From Candidatus Woykebacteria bacterium RBG_13_40_15 (GTDB taxonomy: Bacteria; Patescibacteriota; Microgenomatia; Woykebacterales; RBG-16-39-9b): a DNA stretch of 64,000 bases. Positions 1 to 9,068 of the stretch are shown here, in pieces. Position 1 is the stretch's first letter. Each line of letters begins with the position of its first letter. Below the pieces are notes generated by a model. The model had not been told where the DNA came from. It ran no database searches and worked only from the letters and a program-made list of their open reading frames with translations. Both the position numbers and the translations under genes were made by a program. Where the stretch lies: assembly GCA_001816655.1 (NCBI GenBank), contig MHCP01000025.1, positions 78,428 through 142,427 of the forward strand. Reading direction: 5' to 3'.

Positions 1-171
1 CGTTGGGAAGGAAAACTTCTTGTGATAAAAGACGTTCCAGTGGAAGTTTGTACCCAATGTGGCGAAAAATACTATTCTGCCGAAATTTCAAAAAAAATTG
101 ATGAACTTGCCCAAAGCAGCAGGAAACCGGAGAAAGTCTTAGAGGTGCCTGTTTTGGAATTTAGCCGTTAA
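1..171 (+). CDS. YgiT-type zinc finger protein (5' partial)
   Basis: Manual translation RWEGKLLVIKDVPVEVCTQCGEKYYSAEISKKID... has the VPxxVCxxCGE motif. Confidence 0.8.
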   Translation, partial: RWEGKLLVIKDVPVEVCTQCGEKYYSAEISKKIDELAQSSRKPEKVLEVPVLEFSR

Positions 172-176
172 GTTTC

Positions 177-332
177 TTATAAGTAAGCCTTTATAGCCTT
201 TCCTATATTTTCGAGCGCTTCTTCCTTAGTTTCTCCTTGAGACATGCAACCCGGTAAATTGACCACATCAGCAACAAAGCCACCAACAGCCGGATCTTCA
301 AACAATTCAACTACAAATTCCACTTTAGACAT
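177..332 (-). CDS. HicB-family antitoxin (51 aa)
   Basis: Manual translation ...GGFVADVVNLPGCMSQGETKEEALENIGKAIKAYL; LPGCxSQGETxEEA motif; TATAAT 8 nt upstream. Confidence 0.8.
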   Translation of the reverse strand: MSKVEFVVELFEDPAVGGFVADVVNLPGCMSQGETKEEALENIGKAIKAYL

Positions 333-430
333 GTGCTTGGATTATATCACGGAAACTAACTTTTCAAAATATGTTACTCAATGGCATAAATTTTCCCATT
401 GAGCTATAATTTTCCAAATTATTAAGAATT

Positions 431-1042
431 ATGGATAATGTTTCCCAAGCTCAATCAGATGCCGTTAGAAAAAAGGCGAATAACTGGGAGGGCTATCTCA
501 AAACCCTTTCAAATGAGTTAAATTCAACTCTAGAGTACTACTTTTTGCGAGAAGCTTCGCTTTGGGCAAGCACTTTTGCCTACATTGAATGGTTAATTGT
601 GTTCCATTTATATAAAACATTTCCTACAAAAAACGAAATCGCAAATACATTAAAAGAATTTTGGGGCTGGGATAAGGAAATTGGAGAAGTTTTTTGGACT
701 GCAGGGAGACATCCAATTGCTCACATAGGCCAAGCTAATTTTTTCCATTCATACCTAAATTTTAGAGATTTGCCTGCAAATGTTAGTTTTAATTCCTCAA
801 CTCGCTGGACAAAGGCGGTTACAGGTGATTGGGGTAAGTACAATCCTTTTGAGGGAGTGACAATTTACCCGCCTCTTGTTAGTGATAATGAGGTAGTTCA
901 AATTATAACTTTCTTTCATCAAATGATCCTTTCAGAGTTGTTGCCAAAGTTGGCAAATGGTGTTATAAGTCAAATTGAAAACGAGTCAAAAAGCGAGAAT
1001 CTTCAAAAAATTCTCGAACTGAATAAACAAATTCCACATTAG
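431..1042 (+). CDS. hypothetical protein
   Basis: 203-aa ORF; RHPIAH resembles a HEPN RxxxxH motif (weak). Confidence 0.65.
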   Translation: MDNVSQAQSDAVRKKANNWEGYLKTLSNELNSTLEYYFLREASLWASTFAYIEWLIVFHLYKTFPTKNEIANTLKEFWGWDKEIGEVFWTAGRHPIAHIGQANFFHSYLNFRDLPANVSFNSSTRWTKAVTGDWGKYNPFEGVTIYPPLVSDNEVVQIITFFHQMILSELLPKLANGVISQIENESKSENLQKILELNKQIPH

Positions 1043-1051
1043 TTTTAGTTT

Positions 1052-1624
1052 ATGAATACAGTAAAAGTTTTGATTGAAGGGTACGCTAAACAAGTAGAAA
1101 ACGGGTGGATTGCCAGTTCCACTGTTACTCTAGTTCAAAGCAATAATTTAAACATTATTGTCGATCCTGGTTGCAACCGCCAAAGATTGATAGATGAGCT
1201 AGCCAAAGAAGGTTTAAAGCCAACTGACATAGATTTTGTCCTCCTCACCCACTTCCACACCGACCACACCCTTTTGACCGGTATGTTTGAAAACGCAAAA
1301 GTTTTAAATGAGGAAGAAATTTACGACGGCGATAAACAAATTGATCACAACGGAAAAATTCCCGGCACAGATCTAAAAATAATTCCAACACCCGGCCACA
1401 GCGAAGACGGCGTTTCTCTGATAGTTCCTACAGACGAGGGCACCTACGCCGTAATTGGCGATGTATTTTGGTGGAAAGACAACGAAAAGCAAGTTCTCGA
1501 TATAAACAGGCCCGATCCTTATATTGACGATATGACCGAAATAATTCAAAGCCGAAAGAAAGTAATTAAACTCGCTGACTTCATAATCCCCGGCCACGGA
1601 AAAATAATGAAGGTAAGGAAATGA
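1052..1624 (+). CDS. MBL-fold metallo-hydrolase
   Basis: THFHTDH, TPGHS, GD and IIPGHG motifs. Confidence 0.9.
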   Translation: MNTVKVLIEGYAKQVENGWIASSTVTLVQSNNLNIIVDPGCNRQRLIDELAKEGLKPTDIDFVLLTHFHTDHTLLTGMFENAKVLNEEEIYDGDKQIDHNGKIPGTDLKIIPTPGHSEDGVSLIVPTDEGTYAVIGDVFWWKDNEKQVLDINRPDPYIDDMTEIIQSRKKVIKLADFIIPGHGKIMKVRK

Positions 1625-1675
1625 ATGGGGCCCCCAAACAAGAGAGCCCCGTTGATGAGCATAGGTTGTTTCAGC

Positions 1676-1978
1676 CTACTGGACGATGATCTTCGCCTCC
1701 TCGCGACTTAACGCCATGGCCAGTGACCCCTCACCGATCAAAAGGCTACTAAACCAGTTAGCTGCGTACGGTTTGTTCGCAGCTAGCAGAGCTCGTGAAG
1801 CTTCCCTTGCTGAAACCGCGTAGCCATATCGCAGCTCTAAACCCCTTCCCACGAATGCGTGACTGTACATCATGATGGAGTCAGGTAGATTCGTGGCGTT
1901 GAACCTGACTCCAATTAGTGCCTTTTCGACCCATTCTGGGGCCTGACCGGCAAGCACTTTCACAACTTCTACTAGCAC
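1676..1978 (-). CDS. GC-rich orphan protein
   Basis: GTG at 1978 preceded by SD GGAGGT; hairpin at 1627-1650 downstream. Confidence 0.55.
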   Translation of the reverse strand: MLVEVVKVLAGQAPEWVEKALIGVRFNATNLPDSIMMYSHAFVGRGLELRYGYAVSAREASRALLAANKPYAANWFSSLLIGEGSLAMALSREEAKIIVQ

Positions 1979-2131
1979 GAGGACACCTCCCCTTTCTAGG
2001 AAAAGCGTTGATGGACATCCATACGAACCGATTGGTTGAAGTATATCAAGAAGCAATTACTGGTTTCAACTATGAGTTTAATTGTAATAGGTTACTTTAA
2101 TCTTCAGTAAATTTGTGATACCTTTCCAATA

Positions 2132-2476
2132 ATGGGCAACAAAGTTCTTTTAAAAGGAACTGGGGCTAGTCCTGGAATAGTTCGCGGTATTGTAAGACTT
2201 GTAAAATTTCAAGAAGAGGTTGAAATGCTGAGCCAAGGAGAGATTTTGGTAACCTCTTTTATAAATCCTGATTTTGTCTCCTCAATTAAAAGAAATCCAA
2301 AAATTTCAGGGATAATAACAGACAAGGGCGGTGCTACTTGTCACGCAGCTATAATAGCAAGGGAGTTTAAAATATCTTATATTGCTGGCGCTGCCGGTGC
2401 AACGAAAAGATTAAAAAACAACCTGGAAGTAATTATAGATGGAGGAAAAGGGATTATTTATGAGGCTCCTCAATAA
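2132..2476 (+). CDS. PEP-utilizing enzyme, stand-alone mobile (phospho-His) domain
   Basis: GTGASPG and GGATCHAAIIARE motifs. Confidence 0.9.
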   Translation: MGNKVLLKGTGASPGIVRGIVRLVKFQEEVEMLSQGEILVTSFINPDFVSSIKRNPKISGIITDKGGATCHAAIIAREFKISYIAGAAGATKRLKNNLEVIIDGGKGIIYEAPQ

Positions 2477-3056
2477 GTTTAAAAAGGTTAAAGGCATAAA
2501 AGACTTAGGGAAATATAACTTGCCGACACCAGAAACAATTTTTATTTTTGATTTTGAAAAGCAAGAGAAAGAAATAGACGATTTTATAAAAAATAGAAGA
2601 TACCTGATGATAAGATCGGATAAAGAAAACGATATTGATTTTTGCCCTCATAATCTAGTTTGTCCAAAAGCAGAAGCTAAAGATTTTATCAAGGGGCTAG
2701 TATCAAAAAAATATGTGGTTATTCTTCAGGAATGTATTCCCTGGCAGGAAGATAAAATCTCTGGAAATATTTTGACCCTTAAAAATGAAATGCTAATAGA
2801 ATTAATGAAAGGAGGCCCATTAACTTTGCTAAACAGAGAAGGTAATGTAGATGAAAGTATAAAAATTAAAAGAAAGAATTTAGGGAAAAGAGAGTATTCT
2901 GGAAGAAGAATTATAAAGAAGAAAGATTTAGATACTATTCTAAGAATGGTTAAAGGGATGCAGCCTTATAAGATCGTAGAATTTAGTATTGGACCAAATT
3001 GGCTCTACTTTTGGCAAATAAGAGACGATAAAACAGCTAAAGAACTCGAGGGTTAA
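2460..3056 (+). CDS. putative ATP-grasp / PPDK N-terminal-like protein
   Basis: LPTP, IRSD, VILQE and VEFS...YFWQIR resemble the PEP synthase nucleotide-binding domain; overlaps the mobile-domain gene. Confidence 0.55.
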   Translation: MRLLNKFKKVKGIKDLGKYNLPTPETIFIFDFEKQEKEIDDFIKNRRYLMIRSDKENDIDFCPHNLVCPKAEAKDFIKGLVSKKYVVILQECIPWQEDKISGNILTLKNEMLIELMKGGPLTLLNREGNVDESIKIKRKNLGKREYSGRRIIKKKDLDTILRMVKGMQPYKIVEFSIGPNWLYFWQIRDDKTAKELEG

Positions 3057-3125
3057 CAGCTCTTCTTTTCATTAAAGATTCCAAATCGCCTTCTAACCTG
3101 TGGGAAATTTCCTCCCCGATACTAA

Positions 3126-3494
3126 TTAGAAATGCGGGATAAAAAGAATTGCGCCGATTATGACAGCGAAAACAGAAGTTAAAAGCACAGCGGCCGCTGC
3201 TACATCTTTAGCGAGTTTCGCATCTGGTAAAAGTTGCTCCTTTACGGCGATATCAACTACTACTTCAACCACAGTATTTATAAGTTCCGAAGCTAAAACA
3301 AGTCCAACCGTTAAAATTAAAATCAACCACTCAATCCTGGAGAAGTTTAGAAAACAAGCGGCAATCAGAGCAATTATTCCAACAACAATCTGAATTTGGA
3401 AGTTCCGTTGATTTAGTAATGCATGAGCGAGACCACCAGATGCTAAGCGAAAACTCTCTATACGATTTTTATTGCCATATGTTCCGATAGCCAT
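3126..3494 (-). CDS. dgkA: diacylglycerol/undecaprenol kinase family
   Basis: ELINTVVE and AKLAKDVAAAAV motifs; 3 TM segments. Confidence 0.9.
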   Translation of the reverse strand: MAIGTYGNKNRIESFRLASGGLAHALLNQRNFQIQIVVGIIALIAACFLNFSRIEWLILILTVGLVLASELINTVVEVVVDIAVKEQLLPDAKLAKDVAAAAVLLTSVFAVIIGAILFIPHF

Positions 3495-3507
3495 ACATGT
3501 GTTCACG

Positions 3508-3582
3508 TGGTGCCGAGGGGCGGAATTGAACCGCCGACGCCGGCTTTTTCAGAGCCGCGCTCTACCACTGAGCTACCTCGGC
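3508..3582 (-). tRNA. tRNA-Phe(GAA)
   Basis: Cloverleaf; anticodon loop CTGAAAA; encoded CCA. Confidence 0.95.
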
Positions 3583-3630
3583 ACGTAGCAATACATTATA
3601 TAAGAATACAAACTATTCGTCCAACCAATC

Positions 3631-3819
3631 TGTTGGACGGTACCCCGATTGAATCGGGGTGGCTTCCTCGGCCTGCCCGCCATATTTTTGGTGGAACCGG
3701 GAGGATTCGAACCTCCGGCCTTCTCGGTGTAAACGAGACGCTCTGGACCAACTGAGCTACGGTTCCGCTTTGGCAGGCGGGTGTAAACGAGGCGCTCTAG
3801 CCAACTGAGCTAACCGTCC
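3631..3819 (-). pseudogene. interrupted tRNA-Val(TAC): 5' half 3819-3781, 3' half 3670-3631, 110-nt insert
   Basis: Acceptor GGACGGT/ACCGTCC and anticodon stem CCTCG/CGAGG pair across the insert; T-arm is a palindrome; ends in ACA. Confidence 0.75.
3689..3766 (-). tRNA. tRNA-Val(TAC), nested in the interrupted tRNA-Val
   Basis: Complete cloverleaf; loop TTTACAC; CCA. Confidence 0.93.
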
Positions 3820-3822
3820 CTA

Positions 3823-3909
3823 TGGTGCGGACGAGAGGACTTGAACCTCCACAGGATTGCTCCCACAGCCTCCTCAAGGCTGCGCGTCTACCAATTCCGC
3901 CACGTCCGC
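3823..3909 (-). tRNA. tRNA-Leu(GAG)
   Basis: Long variable arm; loop TTGAGGA; CCA. Confidence 0.95.
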
Positions 3910-3917
3910 AAGTATCC

Positions 3918-4005
3918 TGGTGCCGGGAGGGGGACTCGAACCCCCACGAACTCATCGCTCCCAGGATTTTAAGTCCTGTGCGTCTACCAATTCCGCCATC
4001 CCGGC
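3918..4005 (-). tRNA. tRNA-Leu(TAA)
   Basis: Long variable arm; loop CTTAAAA; CCA. Confidence 0.95.
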
Positions 4006-4093
4006 AAGACTTAGTAATTCTAACAAATTTACCCTTAATTTCCAAGTTCTAACACTTGTTTTACAAAGGCCAATTAGATATGATTAGCTACGA

Positions 4094-4789
4094 ATGTTTT
4101 CTACACTAATTGCTACCTGGATGACGGTTGTGTATAAACCGTTATATAATTTGGTCGTATTTACGTACAATCTTACCCCCGGTCCTAGTTTTGGATTGAC
4201 AGTTCTTGGATTGGCTTTGCTTATCCGTTTTCTCCTTCTTTATTTTACCCTGCAAGGTTATAAACATGACAAAATGTTAGCAGAAGTAAAACCGCAGATC
4301 GCGAAAATAGAACATGATGATAGGCTCTCCCCAAAGGACAAGCTTCAGAAAATAGGTAATATAACAAAGCCTCTTGGAATAAGCCCATTTGCTAGTTCAG
4401 TTCCTCTTTTTTCCCAACTTCTCTTCCTGGGAGTGCTTTATCAAATAATTCAGGTTGGTCTGACACCATCTGGATTCTCTAACTTATATTCCTTTATAGG
4501 ACACCCAAGTTCTTTCAACACTGATTTTTTGGGGTTCAATATGGCACGGCCGAGCTTAATTCTTGCGATGGTGGCTGTTTTCCTACTATTTCTTGAAAGA
4601 CTTTGGGAGTATACGGAAAAGAAGGACGTATTACGAACTAGTTTTTCTCAAATTTGGGACCCATTGATTTGGCCGGCTGGTAGTCTTATACTTTTATTAG
4701 TGTTACCTAGTGCAAAGGCAATTTTTTTAATAACTTCTGTTGCCTTTTCACTAACAATAAAGTCTATCGTTCATCTTACTAGGCGATAA
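4094..4789 (+). CDS. yidC: YidC/Oxa1 membrane protein insertase family
   Basis: PLYNL...FGLTV...LIR, KPQI and PLFSQ pattern typical of short YidC. Confidence 0.75.
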   Translation: MFSTLIATWMTVVYKPLYNLVVFTYNLTPGPSFGLTVLGLALLIRFLLLYFTLQGYKHDKMLAEVKPQIAKIEHDDRLSPKDKLQKIGNITKPLGISPFASSVPLFSQLLFLGVLYQIIQVGLTPSGFSNLYSFIGHPSSFNTDFLGFNMARPSLILAMVAVFLLFLERLWEYTEKKDVLRTSFSQIWDPLIWPAGSLILLLVLPSAKAIFLITSVAFSLTIKSIVHLTRR

Positions 4790-4798
4790 GGAGAAAAA

Positions 4799-5362
4799 AT
4801 GGCATCATTTGATCAATTAGTAATTTCCTTTTTGGTTGACGAGATTGCTGGTGGTTTTTTTGCTGACGTTCCACCAGGACATGTCGCGACAGTTTATGAT
4901 CGTGGGAGAGGGGTTTTGAAACACACCTGGGGGCCTGGATTGCACTTCAAAATCCCCTTTTGGCAAAGAGCAAAAATATTCAATGCTCAAACGCTTGAAT
5001 ACACGATTCGCGATAATTTTAACGCTGATGAAAACAAAGAGTCTCTTGGAGACAGCATGATAAACGCTGTTACATCCGACAATGTGAATGTTCAAATCAA
5101 GGGTACTATACTTTTTAGAATTAATAAAGAAAATGTGGTATCTCTCTGGGAAAATATCGGCGAAAATTTTGTTTCAAAAATAGTCCGTCCAGTATCCAGG
5201 AGTAGAATACGAGGTGTTATTTCTCAAGTAACGTTTGCCCAGATTAATACTCACAGGCATGAGATCGAATCAAAAATAAAAGAAATGCTTGAATCTGAGT
5301 TCGCACCAAAAGGTATCATTGTCGAAAACGTTCTACTTTCCGATGTTGTCCAACCGGGGTAA
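4799..5362 (+). CDS. SPFH/prohibitin (band 7) protein
   Basis: PGLHFKIPF, TSD, IVRP..RS.IR and V.LSDV motifs. Confidence 0.85.
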   Translation: MASFDQLVISFLVDEIAGGFFADVPPGHVATVYDRGRGVLKHTWGPGLHFKIPFWQRAKIFNAQTLEYTIRDNFNADENKESLGDSMINAVTSDNVNVQIKGTILFRINKENVVSLWENIGENFVSKIVRPVSRSRIRGVISQVTFAQINTHRHEIESKIKEMLESEFAPKGIIVENVLLSDVVQPG

Positions 5363-5471
5363 CTCTTTTCGAGGGCATTTAATTAATCCTACCTTGACTT
5401 TTTCCCTAGAAAGAAATAAATTTTCTGATTAGATTGCCAGCTACACCAGCCAGACTAGAAAGGAGGGAGCC

Positions 5472-6200
5472 TTGCCTGAAACTAAGCATGCGAAAGAATT
5501 AACAGCTCTGGAGCATCGTAGCCTTTTGCTTGCTCTAAGAGAACCCTCTTCCACGTTCAGACAGATCGTGGAGGAAATCGAAGGAGAGCGTTGGTGTCGT
5601 AACGCAGCGAAAGAAGATCTGCTATTGTGGATCAAAGAAGCTCTTCAAGGTGCAGTAGATAAGATCGGTCGTAGATGGGCTAACACACACCCACGTAGCT
5701 TCCCTGGAGAGCTTAAGCAAAGATATTTCGACCTAAACGCATTCCGTGATGCAATGGCTCATATAATCGCTTGTTGGGAGGAAGAGCTCTCTGATAGAAG
5801 GTTGGAAGAGGAGCAGATTACTCATCAAGAGGCGAATCTTCCAGGTGGGTTTGAGCCCCCTCGGTTCGAAGCAGAACCAGTCCCTGTCGAAGAAGAAGAA
5901 GAAGAAGAAGAAAGGATGGTGGTAGAAAGCACTTCGGGTGAGATCACCCATCCCGTAGCATCTGGTCAGACGCAACAAATTACCCCACCTCGGGTCTGCC
6001 CAAGATGCAGGGGTACTATGATCGCCGAGCGTGATTGGTACGGCTCTTACAGAAGCTGCCTCAATTGTGGCAATGTTCAAGAGCTAGATTCTGCCAACAT
6101 TGCTCGTGCGGAAGAAATACTCACTCCAAGTGGAGGTGGAGACAACGAAAGGAAGAGAACGAAAGGCCCAAGCACAAGGCACGGGACCTTAAGGCTTTAG
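5472..6200 (+). CDS. orphan with poly-Glu linker and C-terminal Zn ribbon
   Basis: SD AAGGAGG; CPRC...CLNCG; E8 run. Confidence 0.7.
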   Translation: MPETKHAKELTALEHRSLLLALREPSSTFRQIVEEIEGERWCRNAAKEDLLLWIKEALQGAVDKIGRRWANTHPRSFPGELKQRYFDLNAFRDAMAHIIACWEEELSDRRLEEEQITHQEANLPGGFEPPRFEAEPVPVEEEEEEEERMVVESTSGEITHPVASGQTQQITPPRVCPRCRGTMIAERDWYGSYRSCLNCGNVQELDSANIARAEEILTPSGGGDNERKRTKGPSTRHGTLRL

Positions 6201-6263
6201 AAGGGTCAGCTGCAAACGTGGTTGGCCCTTCTGTCACATTTAATTGGTCGTTAATTTTTAGAT

Positions 6264-6953
6264 TTAGAATTTAAATTTGGCTACAAAATCGAAACTGCAA
6301 GTGCAAGGCGCATTTTTACAAACATGGCAATCATTAGAAAAAAGAGTTGAGAGTTCTTTTGAAACATCCACCTCAATTGAATTAAATACCCCCATCAGAC
6401 AGGAGTAAAGATCAGCTGCTTCTTTTGAAATTTTATCAAAATCCTCTTCTTTGTGCTGACCACGAAAAGTCAAGACGCTTTCAGAAAACTCGCCCAATTC
6501 TTCTGCCAGGTGAATACCCCCATGTTCCAAGCTCCTCTCCTCAGGAGGATAAATTCTCCTAAACATTTTTTGAAAGTCACTTAAAGTTGCTGGTTTCAAG
6601 GCCTTAACATTATTAGGAATGGATTTGCGTTTTTTAACCTTTTTCTCCTTACAGGAACATGGGCAAGTACTACAATAAGAGCAAAGATAAGGAAACCTAC
6701 TCCAAATTTCATCCTCAATTTGTATATGAAGATGGTTCATTATAGACATGAGCCAACTAAGTGAGAGTAAAAGATTAATTTTTGTTTTTTCCCGGTCTTT
6801 TTTTCGAATACCTTTCAGTCCCCTCATTGCAAATCTTTGTGTATTAGTCAGCAAGTTACCGACACTATAATTTCGCATATTGTGTAGACCATAGACTTGT
6901 TGAACGAAATCTTGGTATTCAGAAATTGTGCTATTAGGCTTAACCGATGGCAT
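6264..6953 (-). CDS. tandem MazG-like NTP pyrophosphohydrolase with Cys clusters
   Basis: LAEELGE...KEAAD; two repeats each ending in CxxCxxxPCxC. Confidence 0.75.
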   Translation of the reverse strand: MPSVKPNSTISEYQDFVQQVYGLHNMRNYSVGNLLTNTQRFAMRGLKGIRKKDREKTKINLLLSLSWLMSIMNHLHIQIEDEIWSRFPYLCSYCSTCPCSCKEKKVKKRKSIPNNVKALKPATLSDFQKMFRRIYPPEERSLEHGGIHLAEELGEFSESVLTFRGQHKEEDFDKISKEAADLYSCLMGVFNSIEVDVSKELSTLFSNDCHVCKNAPCTCSFDFVAKFKF

Positions 6954-7068
6954 AAGTGCCTCTATTGTAGTTTTAAATAGACCAAAAAGTCAATTATAGG
7001 TTAGTTTAGAGATGGCAAAATCAATTCTATGGTGAGCATGTCGAATCCATGTATAATTAAATAGGTGA

Positions 7069-7701
7069 TTGGGGGCTAAATTGAAAAACTTACACAGGTA
7101 TTATTCGATCTTCTCTTACAAGTTTACGCAGTTAATTATCGCTTGTACCGCCGTTTTTGTTCTATCGTTGGTAGTAAAACTATTTCCGATTTCACAACTA
7201 GAGATAGCCTTATTCCGTTTGATTAATCACCTACCAGGCGTGCTTTATTTACCTTTAGTTATAATAATGCAGGCTGGTGCTTATTTTTCGATACTTATCT
7301 TTGCAACTATTGCTTTTGTTTTTAAGAAAAGGTTTCTTGCAGCAGAGTTACTTTTTGGTGGGACGTTAGCTTGGATTCTAGCTTGGGCTATAAAGTTAGC
7401 TGTTGTTAGACCTAGGCCTTTTGAAGTTTTAAGCCAAGTTTCATTGCGTGAATCAAATGTATATGGTTTTGGATTTCCTTCCGCGCACGCAGCAGTTGCC
7501 GCCGCTCTTGTAGCTGTCGCAAGCTTTCACTTCAAGAGTTGTTATTCATGGCTACTTTGGGTAGCAGTATTGATTGTTGCTTTTGCAAGAATTTATATGG
7601 GAGTTCATCTTCCGCTTGATGTAGCGGGAGGAGTTGCCTTGGGTTGGTTTGCGGGCCTTTTTACCCAATTAATTTTCAAATCTACCAGAAAAAGCGATTG
7701 A
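7069..7701 (+). CDS. PAP2 family phosphatase
   Basis: KxxxxRPRP, FPSAH and ARIYMGVHLPLDV motifs. Confidence 0.9.
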   Translation: MGAKLKNLHRYYSIFSYKFTQLIIACTAVFVLSLVVKLFPISQLEIALFRLINHLPGVLYLPLVIIMQAGAYFSILIFATIAFVFKKRFLAAELLFGGTLAWILAWAIKLAVVRPRPFEVLSQVSLRESNVYGFGFPSAHAAVAAALVAVASFHFKSCYSWLLWVAVLIVAFARIYMGVHLPLDVAGGVALGWFAGLFTQLIFKSTRKSD

Positions 7702-7703
7702 AT

Positions 7704-8156
7704 CTACTTAATATATTCGGTATAACCGCCAAGAAGGTTATAAACTTCCCTGAAGCTTTCTTGTTTAAACACCTCAAGTGCTTTGGAGCTTCGGCCGCCG
7801 GATTTACAGTAAATTAGATAGGCACCATTTTTGTCTAAGGAAGCAATTTTTGATTCGAAATCGCTTTGGTAAAAGTCAATGTTAGTAGCATTTTCAATAT
7901 GCCCTTGTGCAAACTCGTCGGGAGTTCTAATGTCAATTATAAGAAAGTCTTTATTACCAGAGTTTCGTTTGATTAGTTCCTTAGCGTCAGTGGTGGAGAT
8001 TGATTGATAAGTCTCCGTTTTAGCCTGTAAAATATTATTTGTATTACCCTCTTTGGAAACTTCTTTAGTTTTAGAGTTTCCAATGACAACAAAAATTCCA
8101 AAAATTGCTCCAATTATTAAAATACCTATTACGAAAAGTTTTGTATTGTTTTTCAT
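7704..8156 (-). CDS. rhodanese-domain protein with N-terminal TM
   Basis: DIRTPDEF..GHI and YCKSGGRS motifs; start taken at MKNN. Confidence 0.9.
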   Translation of the reverse strand: MKNNTKLFVIGILIIGAIFGIFVVIGNSKTKEVSKEGNTNNILQAKTETYQSISTTDAKELIKRNSGNKDFLIIDIRTPDEFAQGHIENATNIDFYQSDFESKIASLDKNGAYLIYCKSGGRSSKALEVFKQESFREVYNLLGGYTEYIK

Positions 8157-8190
8157 GTAGCAATTGTAACAGAAATAATTATTAATTTCT

Positions 8191-8280
8191 GGGGGACTGA
8201 GAGTTGTCTGGTGTACTAAATTTATCCTGAGCGAAGTCGAAGGAAAGCGAAGGTTTAGAACTTTTTGTGCCGACATCTAA
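8191..8280 (+). repeat. R1 site copy a, interrupted by REP-like TATCCTGAGCGAAGTCGAAGGA
   Basis: GGTGTACTAAA[insert]TTAGAACTTTTTGTGCC aligns with the copies at 13679, 15434 and 16098. Confidence 0.7.
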
Positions 8281-8396
8281 CCAGCCGCTTCTAGAATCTT
8301 TAAAACAACTTTATGATGTTTTTCTGAATTTCTCAATTACTTAATGTTATATATTAGTATTGATTTTTTCAACTTAAAAAAGTATCATGCTATTAT

Positions 8397-8606
8397 ACGA
8401 CTAAGGTAAAACCAACATCAACGCTAGCTTTAGAAGAAGCAAGGGAAGCAGTAGTAAAAATTAGGACCTTAAAGCCTCTCCTTTCCCCAATGGACTAGGA
8501 AACTCTTGTTACTCTAATGGACAAGGAATTGATGGGGCACCTAGATAAAAGCCTGAAAGAGGCTGAAAGGGGTCAACTGGAACCTCTAAAAAACATTTTA
8601 ATTTAG
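8397..8606 (+). pseudogene. antitoxin pseudogene
   Basis: ACG in place of a start codon; internal TAG; ETL...DKELM..L.KSLKEAERG motif; abuts a relE-like gene. Confidence 0.65.
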
Positions 8607-8830
8607 ATGTATCAAAGAGTTACTACTCTCTCAGCTAAGCGTTCTCTTAAAAAGCTCCCCTTGAAATTACGTGAGGAAATCATAAACGCTACCAAGGTAC
8701 TTGAGGAGAATCAGCTAGAAGGCGAAAAACTTTCCGGTAGTCTTAATTTCCTGTACTCCTTCTTGTAATAATTCATTTTGCTGATAAAAGAGAAAACTTC
8801 TACAAGAAGTTGCGTAACCTTTTCCGCTAG
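8607..8830 (+). pseudogene. RelE/ParE toxin pseudogene
   Basis: MY...AKRSLKKLP...GEKLSGSL..LYS, then frame break; C-terminal HFADKRENFYKKL is in another frame. Confidence 0.7.
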
Positions 8831-8855
8831 ATTAAAGACAAGTCTGTTTATTCTT

Positions 8856-8915
8856 TTAGGACTAAACCCTTCTTTGAAAACTTCTTCAATAGGGAACTTT
8901 TATGCTCTTATTTAA
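8856..8915 (+). repeat. R1 site copy b (degenerate, central insert)
   Basis: GGACTAAA[CCCT...AGG]GAACTTTTATGCTCTTATTTAA. Confidence 0.5.
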
Positions 8916-9068
8916 ACAAAGAAAAACGACCCATTTCTGAGTCGTTTCTCCTCCTAAGAAAACCAATTTCTTGATTTGCTTAGGGAAAGGCAGGTCTCAC
9001 AGGCAGAGCCTCAAGCCTCTCCTTCAATTTCCTAAAGGATGGGTTTAGTTCGACGAGGCAGTTTGTGC

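Noticed and set aside
3507-4087. ORFs of 76-82 aa in the ORF track
   Set aside because: They overlap tRNA genes and are spurious translations.
8490-8520. In-frame TAG as stop-codon recoding
   Set aside because: TAG, TGA and TAA all end conserved genes normally here, and the partner toxin is also broken.
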